From: the human T2T-CHM13v2.0 reference genome, Homo sapiens
Assembly (NCBI RefSeq): GCF_009914755.1
Contig: NC_060940.1
DNA: 64,000 nt
Reading direction: 5' to 3' (one strand)
Under the pieces are notes generated by a model, which saw only the letters and a program-made list of their open reading frames with translations, did not search any database and had not been told where the DNA came from. The position numbers were made by a program, and so were the translations under genes. Positions within the stretch are counted from its first letter, which is position 1. Each line of letters starts with the position of its first letter. Of this stretch, positions 14,001 through 29,485 are shown in pieces.

Positions 14001-16521
14001 TCTCAGTAGACCAACATTGAATGGAATATATGCACAGAAGAAAGAGGGGTGTTCAAAAAAATGAGAATAGTTGTACCCTCTGAGAGGATGAATTTCCCTA
14101 TGTTGAAGGGTTTACATCAAGATATAAGTTGTTCTTGGTAAAGGAACATGCTGGAATCTCAAGAAAAAAAATGGAACATATTACTTTTCACACTCTTCTG
14201 CATTTTCTCAATTCTATTGTGCTTTATAACCCAAGACTTTGATATCCTCCCCAGTGAAGACTTGGTTTTCTATTTGTTTTGCTTTTGACTTTGAGACCCA
14301 CTGAAGCAGAAGATCTTCAAAAATGCTTTCAATTTGACATACTAAGATTGTTGTGAGGAAAGAAAACAATGACTCTTACTGGTGTGATTCCTGTATCTGG
14401 ACCATAGGCTCAAATACCCACCCTTATTCAATTTTCACATCCCAAAGGAACAGGGAATTGGCCTCCAGAGAGTAGTTTGCGGTCTTATTTTCAACCCTAA
14501 TCCCTTTCCATTCCCTGTCCTCCAGAGTAGATTAAGTGAAGGAAATTCAGAGAAGAGGAAATCATATAGTCAGCTATTTCCAAGAGACAAACTTAAGATG
14601 AATTCTGGGATGTAACTCTTATAAGCTATTTGAGCTTAAAAGTCATGTTGCATATGTGAACCTCACCTTCCTCTCCTGTAAAATGGCATAAGGTTAACTT
14701 TTGATAAGATTAAATGAAACATTGGGAAGGGTACCTTCTGCTTCCAGATAACATAAATTAACAAGGTTTACCCTGGTTAACCCTTGAAACACCTGAAACA
14801 AACCAACAAACAAAAAGAGAAAAAATACATAGAAAAATGGTTTTCAGAACTCTGTGCATCAAACTACAAAAGAGTGATCCCTGAAAGATGAGGAAAAGAT
14901 GATGGTGATAGGACTGCCATGGCCCCTGCTTACATCTTTGAAAGGGCTTCATCAGTCTGTGGTGTAGGGAAGGGGATCTCATATAAAGCCTGGAAGACTC
15001 TGAGTTGAAGAGTTGAGCTGAGTAACCAGGGAAACCAAGGTGGCCAGAGTATGCTGGGCAGAATCTTGGAAAGGAAAGAGCTGCACTTAGAGAAAACTCC
15101 AAAGATCATGAGATGGTCCTGCTTGAATATTCAACAGAGTACTAATCAGCCCAGGCATCTTAAGAAACGATTCCAAATAAAGGAAAGAATCATCCAAAAT
15201 ATTAAAGGGAAGATTGTCTGGTACTCAACACAGGACCAGAAATAATGTCTTTTACCCCAGCTATAACCCATACTTCTTAGGGAATTGGGTAGAGCCCTCA
15301 GGAAGCTCTTGCCTCCACAGTAGGGAATAATAAACCCTAGACTAAACACTGCTCCAGACCTGCCTAGGAAATAAATAATAAATACGAAGACCAAAAAATG
15401 ATCAAATTGTTTCCAAGCAACTCCATCACATCACAGAAAAATCTCAAGAATAGTTACAGGAATACAAAAATATCTATTATACAATAAAGTGAATTCACAA
15501 TGACTAGCATACACACATGACCAGGCATGTAATGAAACCAGAAAACACAACCCAAATTGAGAATAATTAATACATTGAAAGTGACCCAAAACAGTTATGG
15601 ATATTAGAATTAGCAGACAGTGACATCAAAATGGTAGTTATAACTGTACTCCAAATATTCATAAGTTTTGACAAGATACTTTGACTCAAAAAGACAAAAG
15701 ATATTTTTTAAAAAAAGATTCACATTCTACATCTAGAAATTAAATCTATAATGTCTAAAATGAAAAATACATTGGAGGAGATTATTTCCAGATTAGATAT
15801 CCTAGAAGAAAAGATGTGTAAACTTGGAACTATGGCAATAAAAACTAATCAAAATAAAACTCAGAGAGAGAGAAAAAAAGCCTAAGTGAACTAAAGGACA
15901 ACTCGAGGCAGTAACTGGATTCTGTGAAGAAGAGGATGGGTAAAGGCAGAAACAGTATTTGAAGAAATTGTGGTCAATTGTTTTGAAAAATTTAATGAAA
16001 GTTGTTGTATACTTACAGACCCAAGAAACCCTATGTCTCCCTGCTACAAGAGACACAAGGAAAACTATAGAAAGCTACCTCACAATCAAAATTGGCTCAA
16101 AAGTATCAAACTCACAAAAAACATCTGCTTAAAATCAGTGATAAAGAGAAAATTTTAAAAGCAGCCAGAGGGGTAAAAGACAAGTTATGTCCAGGAAAAC
16201 TAAAGTAAGGGTGAAGGAAGATTTCTTATCAGAAACAATGCAATTTAAAAAAGTGGAACAACAACTTTTAAAAACTGAAATAAAAATTAAAAGCTAGCAA
16301 TCTAAAACATACTCAGTAAACTATCTTTCAAAAAGTCAAAGTTAAATAAATACATCTTCATAAATACAAAAGCTGAAGATATTAATCACCAGCACACACA
16401 AAATCAATAAATGTTAAAGTAAATCCTTCAGGAAGAAAGAAAATGATATCAGATGAAATGGAGAGCACCAGAAATCATAGCTTAATGAGCACATGTATCA
16501 TATTTTTAAATTATTTAAACT

Positions 16522-16903
<382 letters not shown>

Positions 16904-18025
16904 TCATATAAGTGTAAATTGTCTAAATGTTTCAATTAACAGGCAGAAATTTTCAGACTGAATCAAAACAGAAGATTAACTACATGCTGCCTGCAGGAAA
17001 ACATATTAAATGTAGACAGGTAAAATATAAATCATGCTAATACTAGTCAAAAGAAAGCTGGAATGGCTATGTTAATATCAAAGTAGATGTAGGACATGGA
17101 AAATTACTAGGGGGAGAAAAGGTTTTACATAATAAAAAGATAAATCCATCAAGAGGACACAATTCTAAATGTTTGTGCACCAAATAACAAAGTATCAGAA
17201 TACATGAAACAAAAACTGATACAACTGTAAGGGAAAATGGACAAATCAAAAATTATTGTGGGATATTTCAATATCACTTTCAATAATTTATAAAACAAAA
17301 AGAATATCAGACTGTGAAAGATTTGACAACACTATTAACAGATTTGTTCTGATTGATATGTATAGGCTCTCCACGGCTAAACTCAGAACACACATTCCTT
17401 TCAAGAATACACAGAACGTTACCAATATAGGCTATATTGTGGGTGATAAAACAATTCTCAACATGTTTAAAATACTCAGGTCCTACAAAGTGTATTCCTT
17501 TCCTGCAGTTGAATCAAAATAAATAAAAACAAAGTATATTCCTTGCTCACAATGGAATTAAATTAGAAATTAAGTATATTATTTGATCACAATAAATTAT
17601 AATCAATGACAGGAAGATATCTGGAAAAATCTCAAATATTTGAAAACTAAATAACATACTTTTAAATAACCCATTAGTCAACAAGGAAAGTGCAACAGAA
17701 ATTAGAAAGTATTTTGAACTTAATGAATATGAACATCAACATTTAAAATTCTGTGGCATGCTGCTAAGGCAGCACTTAGGAAAAATTTTGTAGCACTAAG
17801 TACCTGTATGATAAAATTTAAAAAAGTCTCAACTCAATTACTCAGCTTCCACCATAAGAAACTAGAAAAAAGAAGTGCAGTTAAAAAAAAAGAAAGGTAA
17901 CTAGCATAAAGGACATAATGAAGATCAAAGTAAGAAATAATGAAATAGAATAAAAAATGGAGAAAATAAATGAAATCAAAAGCTGGTTTTTTGAGATCAA
18001 GTTAGACTGGCCCTAAGAAACACAA

Positions 18026-18029
<4 letters not shown>

Positions 18030-18059
<30 letters not shown>
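18030..18059. repeat. (CA)n microsatellite
   Basis: About 15 perfect AC units. Confidence 0.95.
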
Positions 18060-18061
<2 letters not shown>

Positions 18062-19636
18062 CATAATATCAGGTATGAGAGGGGTAATGTTAGTACAGAA
18101 TCCACAGATCTTAAGAGCATAATAAGAGGAAAATATGAACTACTTTAGAACTATAAATTTGACAACTTTTAATAAAATTGACAGGTTTAAAAGATACAAC
18201 CTATCAAATCTCACTGAAGAAGATATAGACAACCTGAATAGCCCTGTATCTCTTAAAGAAACCAAATTCTTAAATTTTTTCAAAAAAATAAGGCTCCATC
18301 CCCATAATTCATAATTTCTCTGGTGAATTCTATCAAACATCTAAGGAATAAGGAATAATAATCCTACACAAATTGTTTCAGTAAATTGAAGAAGAGGAAA
18401 TACTTCCCAGCTGAGGCCAGTGTTAACCTTTATATCAAAAAACAGACAAGGATAGTACAAGAAAATAAAATTACAGACCAACATTCTTCATATATATGGG
18501 TTTAATTTGTTAGCATCTTACTTCGAACTACTGTATCTAATGATATATGTAAAGGATAATATATCAAGTGGGGCTTATCCAAAAAATGCAATCCAAGGAT
18601 GAAAACCCATTAGTATAATTCACCATACTAAAACTAAAAGAGGAAAACCATATGATCATCTCAATGGATACAGGAAAAGCATTTTTAAAAATAAAATATC
18701 CATTTTCTGAAAATAAAAACTCTCAAAAATTAGAAACAGAAGATAACTAGAAATAAAAGATGACTTTTTCAACTTGATAAAGTGCATGTATGAAAAAACT
18801 TACAGTTAACACCAGATTTAATGGTGAAAGACCAGATAGCTTTCTCTTAGGATTAGAGACAGAACAAGATTCTGCTTTCCACCATTTCTATTAGCATTTT
18901 ACTGGAGGTCCTGACCAGTGAAATCAGAGGCAAAACGAAACTAAACAAAACAGAAATAAAATGCATTTAGTTTAGAAAAGGAGAAGTACAGTATTTTAAT
19001 TTGCAGATAACATAATTGTCTATGTAAAAATGCCAATGGAGTCTACAAAAAAAAAAAAAAAAGCCAGTAGAAATAATGAGTTTAAAAAGTGCATAAGAAA
19101 TAAAAATCTTTTCTAGGCATAACAGTTAAATGATTTAGCTGGGTAAACTGGAAAAAAGCAAAGTCTCAGCAGAGATTGTGACCAGTGAGGCTTTTATAGA
19201 TCACATTACATGTCAGTCAATTGGAAATTAAACTTACCTTCCAAGATGAGAGCTAGTAAGTCATACTCAGCAAATAAAAACATAATTTCTAATTTTTCCC
19301 CTCACCAGAAACTACTGGTCTATTTGTGCTGTTACAACAACATACCATTACATAGCAATTTAGAAAGGACAGAAATTTATTTCTCACAGTTTTGCAGGCT
19401 GGGAAGTCCAAGATAAGGCACCTGCCAGTTTGGCGTCTGGTGAGGGCTGCTCTCCACTTCCAAGATGGCACTTTTATGATGTATCCTCTGGAGGAAAGGA
19501 AGGCCATGTCCTCACATGGTGAAGGTGGAGGGGCAAGACAGCTGAACACTGTGTGAATGAAGCCTCTTTTACAAGGTCCTAAGGTCCTTAATCCCATTCT
19601 CAAGGGAGGAGTCCTCATGGCCTAATAACCTCTTAA

Positions 19637-20303
<667 letters not shown>

Positions 20304-20389
20304 AGCACCTGAATTTTTGAGGGGACACGTGCAAACCGTCTCTCTCTCTCTTTCACCTCAGTTCTTAGCTCCACCCTTTGCTCATTTGC

Positions 20390-20900
20390 CTAGGCTGGAA
20401 ACTCAAAAGTCATTCTGATTTCTTTACTTTCCTTACTTTCTCCCCACATCCAGTTCATCAACAGGTTTACTCCCCAAACCTACTCAAATCTGCCCACTCC
20501 ACTCCACCTTCAAAGCCACCTTTGTCCTGGCTGGCACCATCTCTTACCCTGTTTCAACAGTCTCGTCATTTGTCTTGCTCTTTCCACACGTCCCCTTCAT
20601 CATCGCCCCGACCCTCAAAGTTATCTAGGCACCAGCCAGAGTGATCTTTATAAAACTGAAATTGGATCCTATTTGAAGGGTAATAAGAAGCCTACCTTTC
20701 TTAACTCAACCGATACCAACCCATTGGTTAGCTACATGTTAGCTATATTGGCCTTCTAAAAGTTCCCTAGGTTATAAGCTCTTTCCCATCACAGGGCATT
20801 TGCAAATGTCACCCTCCTGCCTGGAATCACTCTTCTGTCACTCCCTATGGTAACATCTTCATCCTGTAGGTTTCCTTAAATCTCTCCTTCGTGACACCTC
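20390..20900 (+). mobile_element. L2 LINE fragments
   Basis: CAGCCAGAGTGATCTTTATAAAACTGAAATTGGATC; ACAGGGCATTTGCAAATGTCACCCTCCTGCCTGGAATCACTCTT. Confidence 0.6.
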
Positions 20901-21099
20901 TCCTAACTCATTTCTTTAATGCAACTTCTTGCTTCTTGACTAAACAGGTATAACAAAGGTACCCAAAATTCAGAGGCTCACTCAGAATAGAAATATATTT
21001 CTTCCTCATGAAATGGTCCATAAGCAGCCAGGCAGTCTAAAGCAGTAACTAAGCCTTGCTGAAGCTCCTTCTGTTTCTTCTATTTTGATTCACTCCCAT

Positions 21100-21404
21100 T
21101 GTCTTTGTTTGGGCAGCTATACCAAAGTACCATAGATGAGGCAGCTTATAACAGGTTATTGCTGTCAGTTTTGGGGGCTGCAAGTCTGAGACCAGTGTAC
21201 TAGCAAATTCTGCATCTGATGAGGACCTGCTTCCTGGTTGATAGGCGACTGTCTTTTGGCTGTGTCCTGACTAGTCCCATCCACGAGGGTTTGACCTTCA
21301 TGACCTAATCACTTTCTAAAGGCCCCATATTCAAACACCATCACATTGGTGATTAGGTTCCAATATATGCATTTAGGGAGGACAGAAATATTCCTTCTAC
21401 AGAA
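21100..21404 (-). mobile_element. MLT1A-type solo LTR nested in an older MaLR LTR (~20925-21675)
   Basis: TGTCTTTGTTTGGGCAGCTATACCAAAGTACCATAG...CATGACCTAATCAC...; near-TSD CCCAT/CCTAT. Confidence 0.8.
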
Positions 21405-21884
21405 CCTATCCATATGGTGTTAACCCCATTCACAAGGTTGAAGCTGGCTTCCCTGTGCATGGCAAGGGGAGAAAAGGAAAGCGCTTCCTCTAAAGGACAT
21501 GGCTTAAAAAATATACCCATTTTCTCCGCTCACATGCCATTGGCCAGAACTGAGTCCCAGGGCCAAACCTGGCTGCAAGCACACCTCTAAGTATAGTTGC
21601 TAACCTCAGGGAAGATTACTGCTAAAGGAAAAATGAGCATGTATTTTGTGGAGTGATTATCAGTATCTGTCAAACTGCCCTACCCCTATTCATTCTCTAT
21701 GCAAAACTCTCTGTTTATTGGACGAGTTAGCAAATGTGTAGCTGCCCACAAGACTTTGAGCTCCAGAAGAAAAGAGAACAATTCAGTCTGGTATATCTCC
21801 ACACTAAGACCTGGGGACTTTTGTTTGTTTGTTTCTGTTTTGCTTTTTATTTCTCTGTTAGTTTTATACTGTTTCTATACACTC

Positions 21885-22060
21885 TTTTTTAAATAGCTTT
21901 ATTGATGTGCAATTCACAAAGCATACAATTTGCCTATTTAAATGTATAATTTGATGTTTTTAGTAGATTTGCAGGATATACCACTATTTCCACACTCTAA
22001 TTTTAGAGTATTTTCTCCCCACAGAAGAAACTCCATACCTATTAGCTGTCATCATACATT
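21885..22060 (-). mobile_element. L1MB-like extreme 3' end
   Basis: TAGCTTTATTGATGTGCAATTCACAAAGCATACAATT...AGAAACTCCATACCTATTAGC. Confidence 0.7.
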
Positions 22061-22447
22061 CTCAAGGTAAAGCCTCCCCTGGAAGATTGTTCTAAATACA
22101 TATTGCTACTCAGTGGATTTTATCACTTTGTCTTGGAGCCCAGAATAAACAGATAAAATTCTACCATCTGGCAGGTAGTGATTATCTCATTTTGCATTGC
22201 CTCCACCATACACATCTGTGAAGGGTAGGATTATAGCTCCCATGTTACAGAAGAGAATACTCAAGTCTGGGTCCCTCCTCACTAGGTTGAGGATTTTGGG
22301 AAGTGTTAACCCACTTGCTCCATATGGATCTGTCTGAGTCCTCAGCTTCAGCTAAGCAAATAAAATGCATATCCACATCTCTTAGAAAATTATCTTCATA
22401 GGGTTTCTTTTGGCCTGGGTGTGCAACCTGTTATATAAACAGTATTG

Positions 22448-22448
22448 A

Positions 22449-22495
<47 letters not shown>

Positions 22496-22779
22496 TGAGA
22501 TGTCACCCAGGCTGGAGTGCAGTGGCACTCAATCTCGGCTCACTGCAAGCTCCGCCTCCTGGGTTCACGCCATTCTCCTGCCTCATCCTCCCGAGTAGCT
22601 GGGACTACAGGCACCTGCCACCACACCCAGCTAATTTTTTTTTTTTTTTTTTTGTATTTTTAGTAGAGACGGAGTTTCACCGTGTTAGCCAGGATGGTCT
22701 CGATCTCCTGACCTTGTGATCCGCCCACCTCGGCCTCCCAAAGTGCTGGGATTACAGGAATGAGCCCCCGCGCCCGGCC
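22448..22779 (-). mobile_element. AluY with (AAC)n tail
   Basis: AluY diagnostics; TSD AACAGTATTG at 22438-22447 and 22780-22789; (GTT)n at 22448-22494. Confidence 0.95.
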
Positions 22780-23607
22780 AACAGTATTGGTTTTGAAAGT
22801 GAACCCTCACAAACTGCTGTCTGATCTGCCCGCCAACCACTTTCATATCAGACGTTCTGATTGTGCCATCATTTTCCCTAGTGACATAAATATCCACACC
22901 AACACTCAAAAGAACTGGACATCTTCACAGACAAGAATTTTTCTGTTTCTTAAACTATTCCCCAGCTTGCTCTCATGGTTGGCAAGGTGCCTCTGTTGAA
23001 TCACTTGATATTCTGACTTGTCTTACAGTAAACTCTGCAAACAACCAGAAGGACAGATAATCTTTCCTAACTGTGTAGATTCTGGGTACATGGAAACTTG
23101 AGAACATTGAGGGTGCTGTTTTCTCAGAGAAGGCTCTCACAGTTTGCATCTACTTGCTTTATTTGAATATAGCCATTTAATGTATCAAAATGAAAAATAA
23201 AATTGTCTACAGTAGCTACCTCACAGCTCCTTGTCCTCGCCACAAGCCACAAAGTTGCCAACTGTTGTTGTCTGCACTTTCTCTCTTTCCAAGGAGTTCC
23301 CTTTTGAAAGGAACAATGGTTTCTTTCCAGACACCTTGCAGGGAAAAATGGCCTAAGCCAGGTGAAGCTGGCAAGGGTAGGAGCTGCCACTGGAGGCTCA
23401 GGCTGAGAGGCAGCATGGTGAGGGAACCCAGGAGGAGGGTTGTGCAGCCTTGCTCCACTCCTGTAGACTTTGATGTTTTAAAGACATATGGAAGGCAGCC
23501 AGGGAAATTCAGATACACTTACCCAGTAATTGATTATTCAGCTGCATCTCAGAAAGACATAGCTTGGCCCAGGCTGACAGCTATTGTTTCCTTTTGCTGC
23601 CTTTCAG

Positions 23608-23658
23608 GGTGGGAGCCAAGGAAATTGGGGCAGAGATGCAGCCTTAGGGGGACCGGAG
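23608..23658 (+). other. Candidate 51-nt exon (unverified)
   Basis: Branch point CTGAC at 23574, pyrimidine tract TTGTTTCCTTTTGCTGCCTTTCAG, donor GAG|GTAAGA. Confidence 0.3.
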
Positions 23659-24609
23659 GTAAGAAGTCATCCAGCCCAGGAAGCCTATTGTTCAAATATT
23701 TGCCAACTTCTTTTGTACTTCTAGTCTGAGATGGGCAGTGGTGAGAAATAGAACCTGATAAAAAGAGCCATTGATGAATAGGTGGAAAAGAAGGGAAAAT
23801 GAGTGCAGACTCTACGGACAAATAGAATCATTATAGGTTTAATGATTTTTCAATTCTTTGTGGGGTAAGTCATATGAATACCCCATAGTTCAGTGTGTAC
23901 ACAAACATTTTAAGATAATGAATATTAATCTGATCTACCATGCATTTGTCCCTCTGCATGTTGACTTTCATTTAATTTTTATATATACCACTGGAAGAGC
24001 TTATGAAATATTATACCTCTGTTCCTCCCAACGCAATTTTCTTGTTATTTTTGACAGATGAACAAATGTCCATGCTAATTTTTGAGTAATTACTTCTGTT
24101 GGTTGTTTTTCATAAGCATAATGGGCTAATACTCAGGCTAGGAAAGGAAACTTAGAGACCTGTTAGGGCAGTGATTTGAACTTGGTGCATATGAGTATTG
24201 GGGGAAGGGTAGAATAAGAAGGTATATATCAGATTTTCGCAGGGGAAATTCATGTATACACTTTAAAAGTTTTTAAAATTATACTACTGCTTAGATTTAA
24301 TGTGTTTTAAACAGTTGTATATACTTGGAAGATTCAAGGGAGTGAGCCAGTTTCTCTTTTACAGACAGGTAAACTGATGTCCAGAGTGATTTGCACAAGG
24401 ACACCCAGCTAGTGGAAGTGGCAGACTTGAGACGTGAAATCATTACTCATTCTAACCTCAGCCCCGTTTCCTGATATTCATATATTTGTGGCTGCAAGGA
24501 CATGGTTTGGTGGCCGCAAGGACATGGTTTGGTGTCTGTTCTAATCATCTCTCTGCTAAAGAGAGGAAAACGAGGATCTTGTGAATGGCAGTTGATAAGT
24601 TCTAGACAT

Positions 24610-24850
24610 AGTATTTAATAAATGTTATTAGTTTTTGCAGATCATTGTACTAAGCATTTTATGTGCATGATCTTATTTAAAACTCATCACTATGCTACAA
24701 GTTGAGTACTATAATTACCTCCATTTTGCAGTGAGAAAAGTGGTACTGGGAGAGGTTCAGTATCTTGCACAAAGTCATATAGTTAACATGTGGTTGATTC
24801 AGGATTGGAGCACACGCAATCTGACTATAGAACCCATACTCCTAAATGCT
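24610..24850 (-). mobile_element. MIR SINE
   Basis: CTCCATTTTGCAGTGAGAAAAGTGGTACTGGGAGAGGTTCAGTATCTTGCACAAAGTCATATAG. Confidence 0.75.
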
Positions 24851-27371
24851 GGAACCTATAAATATCTAGCATCACAACTGTTTTTGCTCTCAAACAAGGC
24901 AGGCTCTGAGTTTAGTAGAGTTGGAGGAGAATTTGACCAGTGTTCTTTCTCAGGGTTCTAACAATATTATGGGTTGCCTTAGCATAGAGTGAGCTGAACA
25001 TCACAGAGGAGAATCAAACCAGTGTTGAATATCTACTGAGGAAAGATGTCTCCAATCTGGGGTGAGGCTATTGACCTTAGCGAACCTCAGGTCTTTTCTA
25101 ATACTGGGAGTCTTTGACTCTCACAACCTGCATTCTGTGCCTTGGCTCTAGGCTTCAGGTCTGCTAATTTTGGCTTTCCCACTGGTCTCTCTCAGATTGT
25201 GGCACCTGTTGGAATTACAAAAGTAAATACGGTCTTGACCATACTGTTAAACTGCCTTCACATAAGAATACGTGGGAACTCTTGAAAGAAGAATTTTTAA
25301 GAGTTTAGTGGTTTTTTTTTTTTCTCATCCCAGTGAATCAGGCAATAAACAACATCCAAAGAGCAGGCCTCTTACTTGAGTCCCAGCTGGTACAATGGTG
25401 TCACCTGGGCTTATTGTAGGGTGTTGAAACCCTACAAAAGTGATGAATCTTTGCTTGAAAGCCACCTGCCACACAGCCACCTAGCAGGATTCTGGGAGCT
25501 CAGGATATGTGAGCAGGAAAGGATTTGATTACCAACTGAAAGGCATTTTCATTTTGACATATGAGGAAACCAGAGAGAGCAAGTAAGTTGATTTATGTCA
25601 CACAGCAAGTTGGTGGTGAAGTGAGCACAAATTTGGGACGGCCCTGAGATCTTCCTGAGGAATTCTTCTATCCATTTTTTCATCCATCCAATAAACATCT
25701 GTCTGATCCAGAGACTGTGCTTAATTCCCAAAGTGATGACAACTAACTAGACAAAATGAAACACGTTAAGTGGCAGAACATGTGAAGGGAGAGGATCCAC
25801 AAGTGTGGAATCATCTTCTAATAACCATCACCAGTGCAATCATTTACAATTGGAAAGGACAGGCTGCTGGAAGACACGGGGCTGTCCTGGCAAGGCAAGC
25901 ACAACCCAGATCCCTGCCTTTCTCTGTCTTTTCCCATTTCTGCACGGCTTTGACAGTTTTGAGCTGATTCTGGTCATAGCCTGGAGGGAGAGAACATTCA
26001 TGGCAGCCCCAAGAAGGACAATTAGGTTTCACATTAGCTTCTCTCACGACTTCGTCATTGATTGTCTCTCTTTGTTGAAATATTTGAGAAAATAACCCCA
26101 GATAGAGTTCTGGAATACATGAGACTTGGAGATTTTTAAATAAAGGACATTCCACAGAGAACAAGCTTAAATATTGACTCATAAGAGGAAGCACATTCTC
26201 AAGGTAGTGCCAATGGGTTCTGGAAGTTGAATCTGAGCTCTGCAAATTTAATCTGGGTGGACGTGGCTATGAGGCAGTTCCCCAAGTTTCTCCCCAGATC
26301 TCCAGTGTCTAGCTTAAATAAGGATAGAAAACAACCATTAGTCAGCCCCACTTCTCCTAGTTTTCCTTTCCCTTGCTATGCTTGTTTTCTTTCTCCTTTC
26401 GCCTATCCTATTTGCTACCAATGTGACTGAGGAACTTTCACCCAGCCTTGATAAGAGCTAACCTTGACCATTCTTCTGCTTGGAAATAACCAACTCAGAG
26501 TGCTGGAGGATGAGGCCATGGAAGTATCTTTGTATCTGGAGATAAGATTCAATTATTCCAGTATTTGCATGCCCCCACCCTCCTTCTGCATTAGCTTAGA
26601 TAATCCAGTGCTGTCCAAATGATTGTCTCTCTGCCTCTCCACAGTGTGAACATTTATTTCCATCATCTCCCAGATTTTCCAGTTATGTGTTTGCATCTGA
26701 TACGTGTCTCGGTGTTCTCCAGTGTTGATCCTGTTTTGTTTTTATTTCTCCCTTTGTACAGTCTTTAAGTACTCCCTGATGGTGTGTGTTGTGTGATTTC
26801 ATATCATGAGAATGGCGTGGCCATGGCAGTGAGGCATTAGGTTGTATCATAAATCAACCACAGTTTGGGGATACGATGACAGGTGTGATTTATAGGCTAT
26901 TTCAGCTCCGATTTCCATAGAGTTATTCTCTGATTCACAATTATTCCTTGGAGGAACAAAAAGTAAAAGAAAGTGCAGTGTGGGTGGTAGGCTGCCTCCC
27001 TAGATATTCACAATAGTCATCATATCCATATAGGAAAGCAGATATTTATGCTTTCTAATGGATGAATATTATCCATGGCAACTGGGAAACTGTCAGAGCT
27101 GGAAAAAGTGACTCGACTAAACCTTATTTTCCCTTGACCTTGGTAAAACAAGACTAATTTTACATAGTGGTCAAGAGAATTAGACAGTTGCCAATAATTT
27201 ATGGTAGAGTAAATCCCCAGAATGAACCTAAACTATCAATATGTAAGTTAAATGATAAATTTTGATGATCAACTTTTGTTTACATTAAGTAGAAGCATGA
27301 AATGTGATCAATTTTACCAAAAGATAATTCTTGTCACACGTATAGGACTTTTGAACCTTGTCTACCCCAGC

Positions 27372-27491
27372 TAGGGTGGACCACACAATATTATCTTCCA
27401 AACTGGGATGTTTTTGAGAGTGAAAAGGAGTGCATTGAATTATTCCAGGTAACAGGGAGTACCAGGAAAACTGGATCGAACTGTGACTCTT
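27372..27491 (+). mobile_element. MER94-like hAT-Blackjack MITE
   Basis: TAGGGTGGACCACACAATATTATCTTCCAAACTGGGATGTTTTTGAGAGTGAAAAGG. Confidence 0.7.
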
Positions 27492-28790
27492 GTCACATTA
27501 ATGGTTTTTACTGTATCTTCTATGCCTTATCACTAGATCCTTAAGAGCAAAGATCAAGATGACATGGTTACCTTTTTTGAGAGCTCGTTTTGTTATCTGC
27601 TAGGGGTTAAGAATACATTTGTATTGAATGATTGAAACACTGATGTTTGAAATAAACTCATCAAGGTGCCTGGTATAAGTGTCCAGTAAATTATATTAAT
27701 AAGTATAATTTAGATATAAAAATGAGCATAATTTATTATAGTTTAGATGGTCAATATTTTTTTGCGGATGCTCAATATTAGTGGTTTTCAGGATGCTTTA
27801 AAGTTTATCACTTTTTCACTGAATCTCTTTTAGTGCTTTACATATGTAATTTTACCCAGAGCCCTAATATATACAACTTATAAAACTAAGCATGTATAGG
27901 TTGGCAGAAATCTTTTCAGCATTTGCAGTACTTGTAAAGCACACCTTCAGATCCAAATGCTTCATTTGGGGCAAAATTCAAACTCTGTAACTCTAAGTAA
28001 ACCTTGACTAAAGTGTTAACATATGAACTAAACATAATTTGGAGGAAAAAAGTCCCAATACTTTTAGCAAGTTCAGAAGTGCATTTAGGAAGAAATAAAA
28101 AAGATTTGGCATTCCCTGTGTTTTTGGTTTTCTTTAAAGTTCAACACTTAATGATAATGCATGTTGAGTCCTTGGTGATCCATTCAGCTGAACTTTAGAG
28201 ATAGAACAGAACAGAAAAAGAAAAAGACCACTGCTAATTGCATCATTTATCTTTAGACTCTTGTAGACCCAAAAAACATTCAGTAGGAAAGAGATTTTCT
28301 GAGTGAGCTCTATGATATTCCTTTTAAACCTCCTCTTCTCTCTGACCTGCTCAGTCCTTGCTTTGACTCTCTAGGCCGGTGTGGATAGTTGTTGTTCATC
28401 GTAATATTTGCTGAAATATAAGTAGATTCTTCCATGTCATTGTGATCCCAGAAGATTTCACAGAATGTTCCTATTAACGATTGTGAGGGCTGGAGCAAAT
28501 ATTTGAATTCATTGACTGTTTTTAGGAGAAGCTTCTTTCCCATATTCCAAAAAGCCAGAGTTGTTGATGATGAGTTTGTGCCAAGGTCTTAGCAGGGCCA
28601 TGCCCAAAACTATCAGGCTCAAAGCTCTGGAAGCAGTTGGCCAATGACTGGGCCACATTGGGGCTTCTCTCCCATCATACATACTTGTTTTTTTTTTTGT
28701 TTGTTTGTTTTTTTGTTTTTGCCTCACTGGACCTTAGAACATCACTGTATTAGGTATCTGTTGCTGCAAAACCAGTTGCCACAAACTTAG

Positions 28791-29192
<402 letters not shown>

Positions 29193-29485
29193 TAGGATCT
29201 CACAAGGTTGCAATCAAGGTGCCATGGTTGGGTTCTCATCTGAAAGTTTGACTGGAGAAGCACTGGTGTCCAAGCCATGTGGTTGTTTTTCAGAATTCAG
29301 TCCCTGGAGGATTATTAGACTGAGAGTCTCAGTTCTTAGCCAGCTGTTGACCAGAGATGGCCCTCAGTTCCTTGCTAGATGACCTCTCCATTAACACAAC
29401 TCACAATATGGCAGCTTGCATCATCAGAGCATGAAAACAAGAAGAATCCAAGAAAGAGAAGAATTTCAAGACAGAAGTCACAATC

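Noticed and set aside
23190-23729. 179-aa plus-strand ORF
   Set aside because: No similarity to any protein I know; consistent with a chance ORF in locally higher-GC DNA
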